The notes below the pieces were generated by a model that ran no database searches, had not been told where the DNA came from, and worked only from the letters and a program-made list of their open reading frames with translations. Shown in pieces: positions 18,793 through 27,614 of a stretch of 64,000 nt of DNA. The translations under genes were made by a program, and so were the position numbers. This DNA comes from Sediminibacterium sp. GTDB lineage: Bacteria; Bacteroidota; Bacteroidia; Chitinophagales; Chitinophagaceae. Location: the NCBI GenBank assembly GCA_965279635.1, contig OZ257253.1, forward strand, positions 257,506 to 321,505, written 5' to 3'. Position 1 is the stretch's first letter. Each line of letters opens with the position of its first letter.

Positions 18793-20610
18793 CTTCACTT
18801 CTTGCATTTCCACCAATCTCCTATACATCCCGTTATGCGCCAGCAACTGTTCATGGCTCCCGCGTTCTACAATTTCTCCATGCTGTAAAACAACGATCTC
18901 ATCTGCATGACGGATGGTGGAGAGCCTGTGGGCGATCACCAGTGAGGTCCGGTTCTGCATCATGTTATTGATGGCATCCTGGACGAGACGTTCACTTTCT
19001 GTATCGAGAGAAGAAGTCGCTTCGTCTAATATAAGTATGGGTGGGTTTTTCAGAACGGCCCTTGCAATTGTAAGCCTTTGTCTTTCACCACCACTGAGTT
19101 TACTGCCGCGGTCGCCGATATTAGAGTCAAAACCATCTTCTTTGTGTTGGATAAAATTGAGGGCATTGGCCACGGATGCCGCATCTTCCACTTCTTTATC
19201 CGATATTTTGTCAGCACCCAGGGCAATATTGTTGGCAATGGAATCATTGAACAGGATAGGCTCCTGTGTAACGATGCCCATCAGTTCACGTACAGAATGC
19301 AGTGTATAATTTTTGATATTCACGCCATCGATCAGCAATTCACCACCGGTTACATCATGAAACCTGGGAACCAGGTCAGCGAGGGAACTTTTACCGGCAC
19401 CGGAAGATCCTACCAGGGCAATAGTCTTTCCTTTTTCAATTTTCAGGTTGATATTTTTCAGGATCACTTTATCCTCGTAAGCAAACGAAACATTTTTGAA
19501 TTCGATGCTGTGTTCAAATGCAGGGATGGGCTTTGCATCAGGCAGATCGGTAACAGTTACCGTGGCGGTCAATACCTCTTCTATCCGGGCAATGGCTGAA
19601 CTGCCTCTTTGAGCATTGTAAAATGCAGTGGATAATGCTTTGGCGGGGCTGATGATCTGTGTAAAGAATAAAATATACGTGATAAACGCATCAGCGTCCA
19701 TACCGGCCCTGTTTTCCAGTACCAGCCTGCCGCCAAACCACAGTACACAACACAATACGATCACACCTAAAAATTCCGACATCGGCGAAGCCAGATCGCG
19801 GCGGAAATTCATCTTGTTGCGGATATCGTTCAGTGTATCATTTGTATGGAAAAATTTACCGCGTAGTATTTTTTCTGCGTTGAAGGCTTTGATTACACGT
19901 AAACCACCCAATGTTTCATCTAGTATCGACATCAACAAACCCAGTTGCTCCTGTGATTGGGTAGATTGCTTTTTCAGCGAGCGGCTCACCCTGCCTATGA
20001 TAAAAGCGGTTAAGGGCAGCAGTATCAATAAAAACAAGGATAAGGACGGGCTCATGTACACCATCGATGTGAGAATGATCAGGATGGTTAATGGTTCACG
20101 TATCAAACCCTCGAGTGTACTCATCACGCTCCATTCCACTTCGTTCGCATCATTGCTCATACGGCTGATGATATCGCCTTTGCGCTGCTCGGTAAAATAG
20201 CCGATAGGTAATTGTAATATCTTGGCATAAAGGTCGGAGCGCAACTTGGTCATCACATAATTGCGCATAGGTGCCAATACCCTGAATGACAGGTAGGTGA
20301 ACATATTCTTGAAGAAAACGGAAACAATGATTACCCCGCAGATAAAACCAAGCGCAGAGATCTGTCCGTATTGCTGGATCAGTTCGCTGAGAAAATATTT
20401 CATGTAATCAAGGATCCCGTCGGCCGAAAAGGTCCATTCGGGGCGCTGTACGATCAGTTTATCCTGGTGGAACAACAGGTTCAGAAAAGGCACCAGCATG
20501 GTAAGCGATACCAGTGAAAACACGATCGATAACAGGTTGAACAGCACATAGAGGCCTATCTTGCTTTTCTGGCTTCTCAGGTAAAAAAGTATCCTCGAAA
20601 ATCGCTTCAT
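18790..20610 (-). CDS. ABC transporter, fused permease/ATPase (MsbA-like exporter)
   Basis: Six-TM N-terminal domain. Walker A GSSGAGKSS, signature LSGGERQR, Walker B ILILDEATS. Confidence 0.9.
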   Translation of the reverse strand: MKRFSRILFYLRSQKSKIGLYVLFNLLSIVFSLVSLTMLVPFLNLLFHQDKLIVQRPEWTFSADGILDYMKYFLSELIQQYGQISALGFICGVIIVSVFFKNMFTYLSFRVLAPMRNYVMTKLRSDLYAKILQLPIGYFTEQRKGDIISRMSNDANEVEWSVMSTLEGLIREPLTILIILTSMVYMSPSLSLFLLILLPLTAFIIGRVSRSLKKQSTQSQEQLGLLMSILDETLGGLRVIKAFNAEKILRGKFFHTNDTLNDIRNKMNFRRDLASPMSEFLGVIVLCCVLWFGGRLVLENRAGMDADAFITYILFFTQIISPAKALSTAFYNAQRGSSAIARIEEVLTATVTVTDLPDAKPIPAFEHSIEFKNVSFAYEDKVILKNINLKIEKGKTIALVGSSGAGKSSLADLVPRFHDVTGGELLIDGVNIKNYTLHSVRELMGIVTQEPILFNDSIANNIALGADKISDKEVEDAASVANALNFIQHKEDGFDSNIGDRGSKLSGGERQRLTIARAVLKNPPILILDEATSSLDTESERLVQDAINNMMQNRTSLVIAHRLSTIRHADEIVVLQHGEIVERGSHEQLLAHNGMYRRLVEMQEVK

Positions 20611-20643
20611 AAGCTAAAACCGGTTAAAACGAGGCAAAGTAAG

Positions 20644-20651
20644 TAATTTTG
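20644..20651 (+). promoter_or_regulatory. -7 box TAatTTTG upstream of rbfA
   Basis: Exact TAnnTTTG match, 21 nt before ATG 20673. Confidence 0.55.
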
Positions 20652-20672
20652 CCCTCAATCAAATGTTAGAAT

Positions 20673-21038
20673 ATGGAGGAAGGAAAAAGACAAAGACAGG
20701 TGGCCGGCGCATTGCAGGAAGAACTGAATGATATTTTCAGGCGGTTAAACCTGTCCATGATAGACGGCGGAATGGTATCGATTGCCTCCGTAAAAGTTAC
20801 CCCGGATCTGCTTGAGGCCCGTATATACCTCAGCCTGTTCCAGGTAAAGGACCCTAAAGCGGTGATGAAGACCATTGAATCACGTGCATGGGAGATCAAA
20901 AAAGAACTGGTAGCACGTATCAAGCACCAGTTACGCAGGGTACCCGTACTGCATTTTTATCTTGACGATACCCTTGACTATGTGTTCAAGATGGAAGAGG
21001 TGTTTAAGAAGATCAATGAAGACAAGAAAGAAGGTTGA
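20673..21038 (+). CDS. rbfA: ribosome-binding factor A
   Basis: 121 aa. RQRQVAGALQEELNDIF N-terminus and RVPVLHFYLDDT are typical of RbfA. A TAatTTTG box lies 22 nt upstream. Confidence 0.85.
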   Translation: MEEGKRQRQVAGALQEELNDIFRRLNLSMIDGGMVSIASVKVTPDLLEARIYLSLFQVKDPKAVMKTIESRAWEIKKELVARIKHQLRRVPVLHFYLDDTLDYVFKMEEVFKKINEDKKEG

Positions 21039-21130
21039 TAGTTGAAAGATGATAGTTGGCAGGTTGAAAAATTTTCAACTCTCAACTCTCAACGCTCAAC
21101 TCTCAACTGTTATCAATCAACCTTTCAACC
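21035..21130. repeat. gttgaNag / ctcaac word repeat centred on palindrome gttgaaaaattttcaac
   Basis: Left half holds ggttgata/gttgaaag/gttggcag/gttgaaaa words. Right half holds five tandem (t/g)ctcaac words. Spans the rbfA stop to the lolE-like start. Confidence 0.7.
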
Positions 21131-21135
21131 AGCCA

Positions 21136-22350
21136 ATGAACCTCCTCTTCGCCTGGCGCTATTTCCGCTCAAAAAAATCCATGAATGCGATCAATATCAT
21201 TGCATGGATCAGTATGGTGGCCATTGCAGTGGGCAGTGCGGCGCTGATTATCGTTTTAAGCGTATTCAATGGTTTTGAGGACCTGGTAAAAGGATTATAC
21301 GCAGATTTTTACGCAGATGTGCGTATTGCGCCCGCAAAAGGGAAAACCTTTCATGTATCAACGGCACAGATACAATCCATTAAAAATACCCATGGCATTG
21401 TGGCGGTCAGTTTTGTAGCGGAAGAAAAAGCCATGCTACAGGGCGCTTTTCAAACGATCGTATCCGTAAAAGGGGTGGATGATCAATACACGTCTGTAAC
21501 AAGGGTAAATGCACCACAACATTTACCGCGTGGTAAATTTGAACTGGGCACACTGGATGCACCCCAAATCGTGGTAGGCGCCGGAATTGAAAATGCGGCA
21601 GGGGTGGATGTAGACAGGCAGGTACCTGTCACGGTTTATTTACCCAATAAACAGGCAAAAAGACTGAGTTCAGATGATGGTCTCAACTCATACAATGTAT
21701 TACCCTCCGGCACTTTTGTGGTACAGCAGGATTTTGATAATAAATACGCATTCACCAATCTCTCCTTTGTAAAGTATATGCTGGGTATGGCTGATGATGA
21801 ATTCAGCTCCATTGAATTAAAGACCGGGGGAACCGATGCGGATAAAGTAAAAAAAGAACTTCAGTCAAAACTTGGCAGTGCTTTTCTGGTAGAAACCCGT
21901 TATGAACAGAACCGCAGCCTGTATGCTGTTATGCAGGTAGAAAAATGGGTGATCTTTGGTATCCTTTGCCTGATACTGATCGTAGCCGCATTCAATATGA
22001 TCGGTGCGCTGACCATGCTGGTGCTGGAAAAACAAAAAGATATCGCGGTATTAAAAGCCATGGGTGCCAGTGACGCAACCGTACAGCGTATCTTCCTCGG
22101 TGAAGGCATGTTGCTGGCCGGGATTGGCGGAACGGCAGGTATCGGACTCGCCGCTCTTTTCTGCTGGTTGCAATTGAGTTTCAAACTCATAAAACTTGGG
22201 GGTAATAGTTTTATCATCGACTACTACCCGGTGAAAATGATGCCGACAGATTTTTTGCTGGTGATAGCTACAATTGTTTTAATAGCGGTACTCGCCGCAT
22301 GGATACCCGCACGCAAAGCGGGGTTGCAGTTGTTTTCATTGAAGAGTTAA
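21136..22350 (+). CDS. FtsX-family ABC permease (LolC/LolE-like lipoprotein release)
   Basis: Start taken at MNLLFAWRYFRSKKSMNAINIIAWISMV, the canonical LolE N-terminus. The track ORF from 21049 reads through a repeat. Four TM segments with a large periplasmic loop. Confidence 0.8.
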   Translation: MNLLFAWRYFRSKKSMNAINIIAWISMVAIAVGSAALIIVLSVFNGFEDLVKGLYADFYADVRIAPAKGKTFHVSTAQIQSIKNTHGIVAVSFVAEEKAMLQGAFQTIVSVKGVDDQYTSVTRVNAPQHLPRGKFELGTLDAPQIVVGAGIENAAGVDVDRQVPVTVYLPNKQAKRLSSDDGLNSYNVLPSGTFVVQQDFDNKYAFTNLSFVKYMLGMADDEFSSIELKTGGTDADKVKKELQSKLGSAFLVETRYEQNRSLYAVMQVEKWVIFGILCLILIVAAFNMIGALTMLVLEKQKDIAVLKAMGASDATVQRIFLGEGMLLAGIGGTAGIGLAALFCWLQLSFKLIKLGGNSFIIDYYPVKMMPTDFLLVIATIVLIAVLAAWIPARKAGLQLFSLKS

Positions 22351-22351
22351 A

Positions 22352-22482
22352 CGTCCTTGCGAGCGAAGCGAAGCAATCTGTGATTTGCATAATTAATCTG
22401 TGTCTGGCTAGTAGCATCTTTCGTTTGCTCTTTCAACCTGACTATTCAAAACACAGGTTGCTTCGCTACGCTTGCAAGGACG
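22352..22482. repeat. long-range inverted repeat (gcgaagc words)
   Basis: Arms 22352-22376 and 22458-22482 match at 23/25, with an 81-nt spacer. Confidence 0.8.
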
Positions 22483-22489
22483 CGCATAA

Positions 22490-22522
22490 AAAAAGGGTAT
22501 CACAAAACGTGATACCCTTTTA
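22490..22522. terminator. bidirectional intrinsic terminator between the convergent lolE-like and transketolase genes
   Basis: aagggtatcac-aaaac-gtgataccctt stem flanked by an A-run and a T-run. Confidence 0.8.
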
Positions 22523-22537
22523 CCATATAAAATCAGA

Positions 22538-23380
22538 TTAATAATCCCCCATCGTCTCCGGCAATTGCCCCAAAGCTTTTGCCAGTTGCTCATCATTTGG
22601 CGCGATGCCGTGCCACTCGTGGCTACCCATCATAAAATCGATGCCTTGTCCCATTTCGGTTTTCATCAGTATACAGATGGGTGATCCTTTTCCTGTCATG
22701 GATTTGGCTTTGTCCAGTGTTTTCACCACATCATCCATATCATTACCGTTCATTTCAATCACTGTCCAGTTAAACGCTTCAAATTTTTCACGCAGACCAT
22801 CCAGTCCCATCACTTTTTTGGTAGGGCCATCGATCTGCTGACCGTTCCAGTCGATGGTAGCGATCAGGTTATCTACTTTATGGTGCGCCGCAAACATAAT
22901 GGCCTCCCAGTTCTGGCCCTCGTCAAGTTCACCATCACCATGTAATGAAAAAACAAGGTGGTTATCGCCATTCAGTTTTTTGGTAAGCGCTGCGCCGATG
23001 GCTACGCTCATGCCTTGTCCCAGCGAACCACTGGCAATACGTACACCCGGCAGGTGCTCATGCGTGGTAGGGTGTCCCTGCAGGCGTGAGTTGATCTTGC
23101 GGAAAGAAGCCAGTTCCTTCACATCAAAATACCCCGAACGTGCCAGGGCCGAATAATAGACAGGTGAGATATGCCCGTTTGACAGGAAGAAAAGGTCCTC
23201 ATTTTTTCCATCCATGGAAAATTTAGTATCATGTTTCATGGCATGAAAAAACAGGGCAGTAAAATAATCCGCGCAACCCAGTGAACCACCGGGGTGGCCG
23301 CTTTGCACGGCATGTACCATTCGTACGATATCCCTTCTTACCTGGGACGCAATATTCTGAAGTTCGGCAACACTTGACAT
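22538..23380 (-). CDS. transketolase, N-terminal (TPP-binding) subunit of a split enzyme
   Basis: 280 aa. Motifs GHPGGSLG and GDGELDEGQNWEA. Start at MSSVAELQNIASQV; the track extension to 23515 reads through a palindrome. Confidence 0.85.
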   Translation of the reverse strand: MSSVAELQNIASQVRRDIVRMVHAVQSGHPGGSLGCADYFTALFFHAMKHDTKFSMDGKNEDLFFLSNGHISPVYYSALARSGYFDVKELASFRKINSRLQGHPTTHEHLPGVRIASGSLGQGMSVAIGAALTKKLNGDNHLVFSLHGDGELDEGQNWEAIMFAAHHKVDNLIATIDWNGQQIDGPTKKVMGLDGLREKFEAFNWTVIEMNGNDMDDVVKTLDKAKSMTGKGSPICILMKTEMGQGIDFMMGSHEWHGIAPNDEQLAKALGQLPETMGDY

Positions 23381-23399
23381 AGCTGTTTTTATTATGGCT

Positions 23400-23509
23400 G
23401 CGAAAATAGGAAATAGTTTGGAGTTTGGGGTTTGCGGTTTGGGGTCATCAGTGCGGAATACAAACTCTAAACTCCCAACTCCAAACCCCAAACTATTTCC
23501 TATTTTCGC
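23400..23509. repeat. word palindrome (gtttggrg words) filling the divergent transketolase/frr promoter region
   Basis: Arms 23400-23445 and 23461-23509. The outer 20 nt are perfect (gcgaaaataggaaatagttt) and the inner part is imperfect. Confidence 0.85.
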
Positions 23510-23534
23510 CCACACATACAGAAAAGCTTACTAT

Positions 23535-24098
23535 ATGACAGAGGAAATACAACTGATCGCAGAAGATGCGGAAGACAGTATGAAAAAGGCCATCGAGCAC
23601 CTGGAAGCAGAATTGACCAGGATCAGGGCCGGTAAAGCCTCACCGACCATGCTGGACGGAATTACCGTAGACTATTACGGTGCGCCTACACCGATCGCAC
23701 AGGTGGCCAATGTTACCGTACTGGATGCACGTACGCTCAGTATCCAGCCTTGGGAAAAACCCATGCTGGCGCAGATCGAAAGGTCGATCATGCAGGCCAA
23801 TATCGGGGTAACCCCGCAAAATGATGGTAACCAGATCCGTTTGTTCATGCCCCCGTTAACCGAGGAAAGAAGAAAAGAACTATTCAAAAAAGCCAGCGGC
23901 GAGGGCGAACATTCCAAAGTAGCCATCCGCAATATCCGCAGGGATGCGATCGAGCAGGTTAAAAAACTACAGAAAGACGGGCTGAGCGAAGATGCGGCCA
24001 AAGACGGCGAAGATTCGGTTCAGTCCATTACCGATAAATACATTGTGCTGGTGGATAAACACCTGGCGGCGAAGGAAAAAGAAATGATGTCTGTCTGA
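23535..24098 (+). CDS. frr: ribosome recycling factor
   Basis: 187 aa with LTRIRAGKASPTMLDGITVDYYG and IRNIRRDA motifs. The track extension from 23394 reads through a palindrome. Confidence 0.93.
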   Translation: MTEEIQLIAEDAEDSMKKAIEHLEAELTRIRAGKASPTMLDGITVDYYGAPTPIAQVANVTVLDARTLSIQPWEKPMLAQIERSIMQANIGVTPQNDGNQIRLFMPPLTEERRKELFKKASGEGEHSKVAIRNIRRDAIEQVKKLQKDGLSEDAAKDGEDSVQSITDKYIVLVDKHLAAKEKEMMSV

Positions 24099-24124
24099 CG
24101 ACAGAAAGGATCAAGAGGCAATAT

Positions 24125-24194
24125 ACAAGCCACAAGGTTCAAGAGACAAGGCGGTCCATTGCGTAACCCTTGTCTCTTGAACCTTGTGGCTTGT
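24125..24194. terminator. hairpin between the convergent frr and EamA genes (caagrgacaagg words)
   Basis: Perfect 27-bp stem, 24125-24151 with 24168-24194, and a 16-nt loop. Confidence 0.8.
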
Positions 24195-24202
24195 ACCTTT
24201 TA

Positions 24203-25072
24203 TTAAGATTTTTTATTGACGAGGTACACGCCTGACAGAATAATTCCCAAACACCCGATCTGCACCAGCGTAACCTGTTCTCCATACACCAATCCCCAGA
24301 GTACGGCTACAAACGGTATTCCATAAGTTACCATTGAGGCAAACAGATGACCGGATCTTTTGATCAGCATATAAAAAAGGATGGAGGCAACCGCAGTTCC
24401 CATCACGCCGAGTATAAAAGAAGCGGCTGTTGATTTGAGTATGCCGTGGTCGGTAAACGGTAATGCGAAATAGCCTGTGATCCCTAAAATAATGATACAG
24501 GGAATAACAAGGAACACAAATGCCAGTGAAGCAATATTCAGTGAACCGATGCCCTGCATATAACGTCCTACCAGGTTCACATTCAAACCATACAAAGCCG
24601 TTGCCAGCAGGATGTATAAGGAATAGGAAAGGTTTTGAAAACTGAAATGCCCCGAAGATGCTATCAGCAGGCAAAGACCAATAAATCCGATAAACACACC
24701 CAGGATCTTGATCGCATTTGCTTTCAACTGGAAAAACAGCATACCGATCATGATCACAAAAAATGGCGTGAGTGCATTCAGGATGCCTGCTAATGCGCTG
24801 TCGAGTTTGGTTTCGGCTATGCAGAACAAATAGGCGGGAAAAAAACTGCCGATCAATCCGGAAACTATTACCAGTAATATCTTGTCTTTTGGTATGGCTT
24901 TCCACGCCTTTCGCGCAAAAGGTATCAGTACCAGTCCCGCACTCAACATACGAATGGATGCCACCTGGTAAGGTGTAAGGGTGATCATCCCTTCCTTCAT
25001 CAATATAAAAGAACTACCCCAGATGATTGACAGGAGAACAAACAGTCCCCAGTTGAAGAGTTTTTCTTTCAA
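24203..25072 (-). CDS. EamA/DMT-family transporter
   Basis: 289 aa with about 10 TM segments in two EamA-like halves. TTG start as given in the track. Confidence 0.75.
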   Translation of the reverse strand: MKEKLFNWGLFVLLSIIWGSSFILMKEGMITLTPYQVASIRMLSAGLVLIPFARKAWKAIPKDKILLVIVSGLIGSFFPAYLFCIAETKLDSALAGILNALTPFFVIMIGMLFFQLKANAIKILGVFIGFIGLCLLIASSGHFSFQNLSYSLYILLATALYGLNVNLVGRYMQGIGSLNIASLAFVFLVIPCIIILGITGYFALPFTDHGILKSTAASFILGVMGTAVASILFYMLIKRSGHLFASMVTYGIPFVAVLWGLVYGEQVTLVQIGCLGIILSGVYLVNKKS

Positions 25073-25141
25073 GCAATTAATTTGTGTGAAGTTCCGGCAT
25101 TTGCCATTGTAAAAGAATAATTTTAAGAAAACTTATCTACC

Positions 25142-25888
25142 GTGAATACCATTCATCTGAATAAGATCAGCACACGGGCCCCGCGATCGATCAATAAGGA
25201 AAAGACCAAAGAAAAAACAGCGGCGATCATTGCGGAACTGGATGATCTGCAAAACCTGTTGTATGCAGAATCTAAACATTCGGTGCTGATCATTCTGCAG
25301 GGAATGGATGCCAGCGGTAAAGATGGGTTGATCAGGGATGTATTCGGAAAGATGAACCCGCAGGGTGTACGTGTAACTTCTTTTAAACAACCCACAGAAC
25401 TGGAGTTGTCACATGATTTTTTATGGCGTATTCACCAACAGGTGCCAGCCAAAGGGGTGATCCAGGTATTTAACCGGTCACATTATGAAGATGTGTTGAT
25501 CACAAGGGTACATAAATTGGTAGATGATAAACAGGCGCTTGATCGTATGCAGTCGATCAACGATTTTGAACAGTTACTTGTGAAACATAACAAAACCAGT
25601 ATCCTGAAATGCTATCTCCATTTATCACCGGAAGAGCAGCAACTTCGTTTGCAGGAAAGGGTGCAGGATCCAAAGAAACACTGGAAGTATAATCAGAATG
25701 ACCTCAAAGAATCCAAACACTGGAATACTTACCGGAAGATGTACGAGGATTGTTTCAAACATTGCAGTAAAATCCCCTGGCATATTATACCGGCTGACCA
25801 GAACTGGTATAAGGAACACATGGTGGCTACAGCATTGCATAAGTTGCTGAAAGGATTAAAAATGCAATATCCAGGTCTGAAAAAGTAG
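25142..25888 (+). CDS. polyphosphate kinase 2 family protein
   Basis: LQGMDASGKDG P-loop, FLWRIHQQVPAKGVIQVFNRSHYEDVL. GTG start. Confidence 0.85.
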   Translation: MNTIHLNKISTRAPRSINKEKTKEKTAAIIAELDDLQNLLYAESKHSVLIILQGMDASGKDGLIRDVFGKMNPQGVRVTSFKQPTELELSHDFLWRIHQQVPAKGVIQVFNRSHYEDVLITRVHKLVDDKQALDRMQSINDFEQLLVKHNKTSILKCYLHLSPEEQQLRLQERVQDPKKHWKYNQNDLKESKHWNTYRKMYEDCFKHCSKIPWHIIPADQNWYKEHMVATALHKLLKGLKMQYPGLKK

Positions 25889-25960
25889 CCTGCACAGAAG
25901 AAATTCGATAGTAAGGATTGGGGGAATATTGTATATTGGTAATAACCAAAAACTATTTGT

Positions 25961-26398
25961 ATGGGAATGTTCAAGGAATTCAAAGAGTTTGCCATAAGGG
26001 GCAACCTGGTTGATACGGCCGTTGCCTTTATCATGGGTGCCGCTTTCGGAAAAGTGGTCACGGCTTTTGTGGAAGGAATGGTGTCGCCAATGGTTGGGTT
26101 GCTAACCGGGGGTGTGGATTTTACCAAAAAAATATGGATCGTTAAACATGGGATACCTGAGGTAAAAGATGCAGCCGGCAAGGTGGTTACACCCGCAGTG
26201 GCGGATGTAGCCGTAAAATATGGCCTGTTCATTACCAACCTGATCGATTTTGTCATAGTAGCGTTCGCCGTATTCATGGTGATCAAAGCCATTAACCGTC
26301 TCAGGCGCAAGGAAGAGGCTGCCCCTCCCGCAGAACCGCCGGCACCTTCTGCTACGGAGAGTTTGTTGATGGAGATAAGGGACTCGTTGAGGAAATAG
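25961..26398 (+). CDS. mscL: large-conductance mechanosensitive channel
   Basis: FKEFAIRGNLVDTAVAFIMGAAFGKVV is the canonical MscL TM1 region. 145 aa. Confidence 0.9.
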   Translation: MGMFKEFKEFAIRGNLVDTAVAFIMGAAFGKVVTAFVEGMVSPMVGLLTGGVDFTKKIWIVKHGIPEVKDAAGKVVTPAVADVAVKYGLFITNLIDFVIVAFAVFMVIKAINRLRRKEEAAPPAEPPAPSATESLLMEIRDSLRK

Positions 26399-26403
26399 TT
26401 TAA

Positions 26404-26467
26404 AGTTTGGTGTTTGGGGTTTGGAGTTTTATTTCAACCCCAAACCCCTAACGCCAAACTCCAGACT
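26404..26467. repeat. word hairpin (gtttggrg words) after mscL
   Basis: 26405-26428 pairs with 26436-26459 (21/24). Shares the 14-mer ccaaactccagact with the uvrA internal repeat. Confidence 0.8.
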
Positions 26468-26544
26468 GATACGTGGATAACTATTCCCCACCCCCCATCC
26501 ATAATACCCCCGTTTCGGCTTTCTTTGCACCAAAGCATTGACAA

Positions 26545-27366
26545 GTGAATAATGTGAGTTACCAGATCAAACTGGACCAGTTTGAAGGACCTTTTGACCT
26601 CCTGCTGTTTTTTATTGAGCGCGATGAGCTGGATATCTACAATATCCCCATTACCAGGATCATCAATGATTTTCTGGATTATATACACCAGGGAGAAAAA
26701 CTGAATATTGAACTCAGCAGTGAGTTCATCCTGTTCGTGTCTACCCTGATGCGTATCAAGGCAAGGTTATTATTGCCAAGAAAGGAAATAGATGCACAGG
26801 GCAACGAGATAGATCCGCGCCAGGAACTGATCGACAAGATCCTCGAATACAAACGCTTTAAAGAAGCCGCCGTGCAGATGGCCGAAATGGAAGCGATGCG
26901 TATGCTGATGGTAAAACGCGGTAACCTGCAGCGTGAAATAGCCTTTATAGGTGAAGAAGCATCTGAAGGAACGGAGATACAGAACATTACTCTTTTCAAA
27001 CTGATGAAAGCGTTTGAAAAAGTGATGTTGCGGGTTCAGGAGCGCCAGAACAGACCTGTACATACCGTTGTCCGTTACAACTACACCATGGAAGGCAGCC
27101 GCGATTTTATGCTGGGCATGGTGGAGAAAGAGAGAACCGTTTCTTTTGAAAAAATATTTGAAGACTGCCAGGACAGGGTACATGCCATTTTCCTCTTCCT
27201 TTCCATACTCGAATTATCACAGCAGAAATTTATGAAGCTGCTCGTTGGCCAGGGCATGAACAATTTTATCGTTGAATGGAACGAGAACCGCGAAGAAGAT
27301 CTGCAAGCGGAAGGAATTACAGATGAGCAGATCGATTCTACTGAAACATCTGAACAGGATAATTAG
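26545..27366 (+). CDS. scpA: segregation and condensation protein A
   Basis: LDQFEGPFDLLLFFIERDELDIYNIPI is the ScpA N-terminal signature. Confidence 0.85.
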   Translation: MNNVSYQIKLDQFEGPFDLLLFFIERDELDIYNIPITRIINDFLDYIHQGEKLNIELSSEFILFVSTLMRIKARLLLPRKEIDAQGNEIDPRQELIDKILEYKRFKEAAVQMAEMEAMRMLMVKRGNLQREIAFIGEEASEGTEIQNITLFKLMKAFEKVMLRVQERQNRPVHTVVRYNYTMEGSRDFMLGMVEKERTVSFEKIFEDCQDRVHAIFLFLSILELSQQKFMKLLVGQGMNNFIVEWNENREEDLQAEGITDEQIDSTETSEQDN

Positions 27367-27378
27367 TCACATCTTGCC

Positions 27379-27435
27379 GTTGCTGGTCGCCTGACCAGCA
27401 ACCTGCGGAAGTTCAATGTTGGTCAGGCGACCAAC
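27379..27435. repeat. pair of small hairpins with ggtcgcctgacc / ggtcaggcgacc cores
   Basis: gttgctggtc-gcct-gaccagcaac (27379-27402) and gttggtc-aggc-gaccaac (27418-27435). Their cores are reverse complements of each other. Confidence 0.7.
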
Positions 27436-27469
27436 ATCGGCGAAACAGGATAATTAATAACACCTACTA

Positions 27470-27524
27470 AATCTGTGAATCTGTGGCGAATAATTGTACG
27501 CCACAGATTCACAGATTTTTTTTG
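27470..27524 (+). terminator. intrinsic terminator for scpA (aatctgtg words)
   Basis: Perfect 19-bp stem, 27470-27488 with 27499-27517, followed by tttttttg. Confidence 0.85.
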
Positions 27525-27534
27525 AGGATTACAA

Positions 27535-27605
27535 AAAACATAAAAACCCCGTGCCTTAGTGCCTTTGTGTGCAAATAAATTTCTCACAAGGACACTAAGG
27601 CACGG
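27535..27605 (-). terminator. intrinsic terminator for dxs
   Basis: Stem 27549-27569 with 27585-27605 (near-perfect). On the minus strand it is followed by a T-rich run (plus-strand aaaaaacataaaaa). Confidence 0.75.
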
Positions 27606-27614
27606 TTAGCGATT

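Noticed and set aside
24213-24905. 230-aa alternative-frame ORF on the same strand inside the EamA transporter gene
   Set aside because: It is Arg/Cys/His-rich with no TM pattern or motif. The 289-aa frame gives a clean 10-TM EamA architecture.
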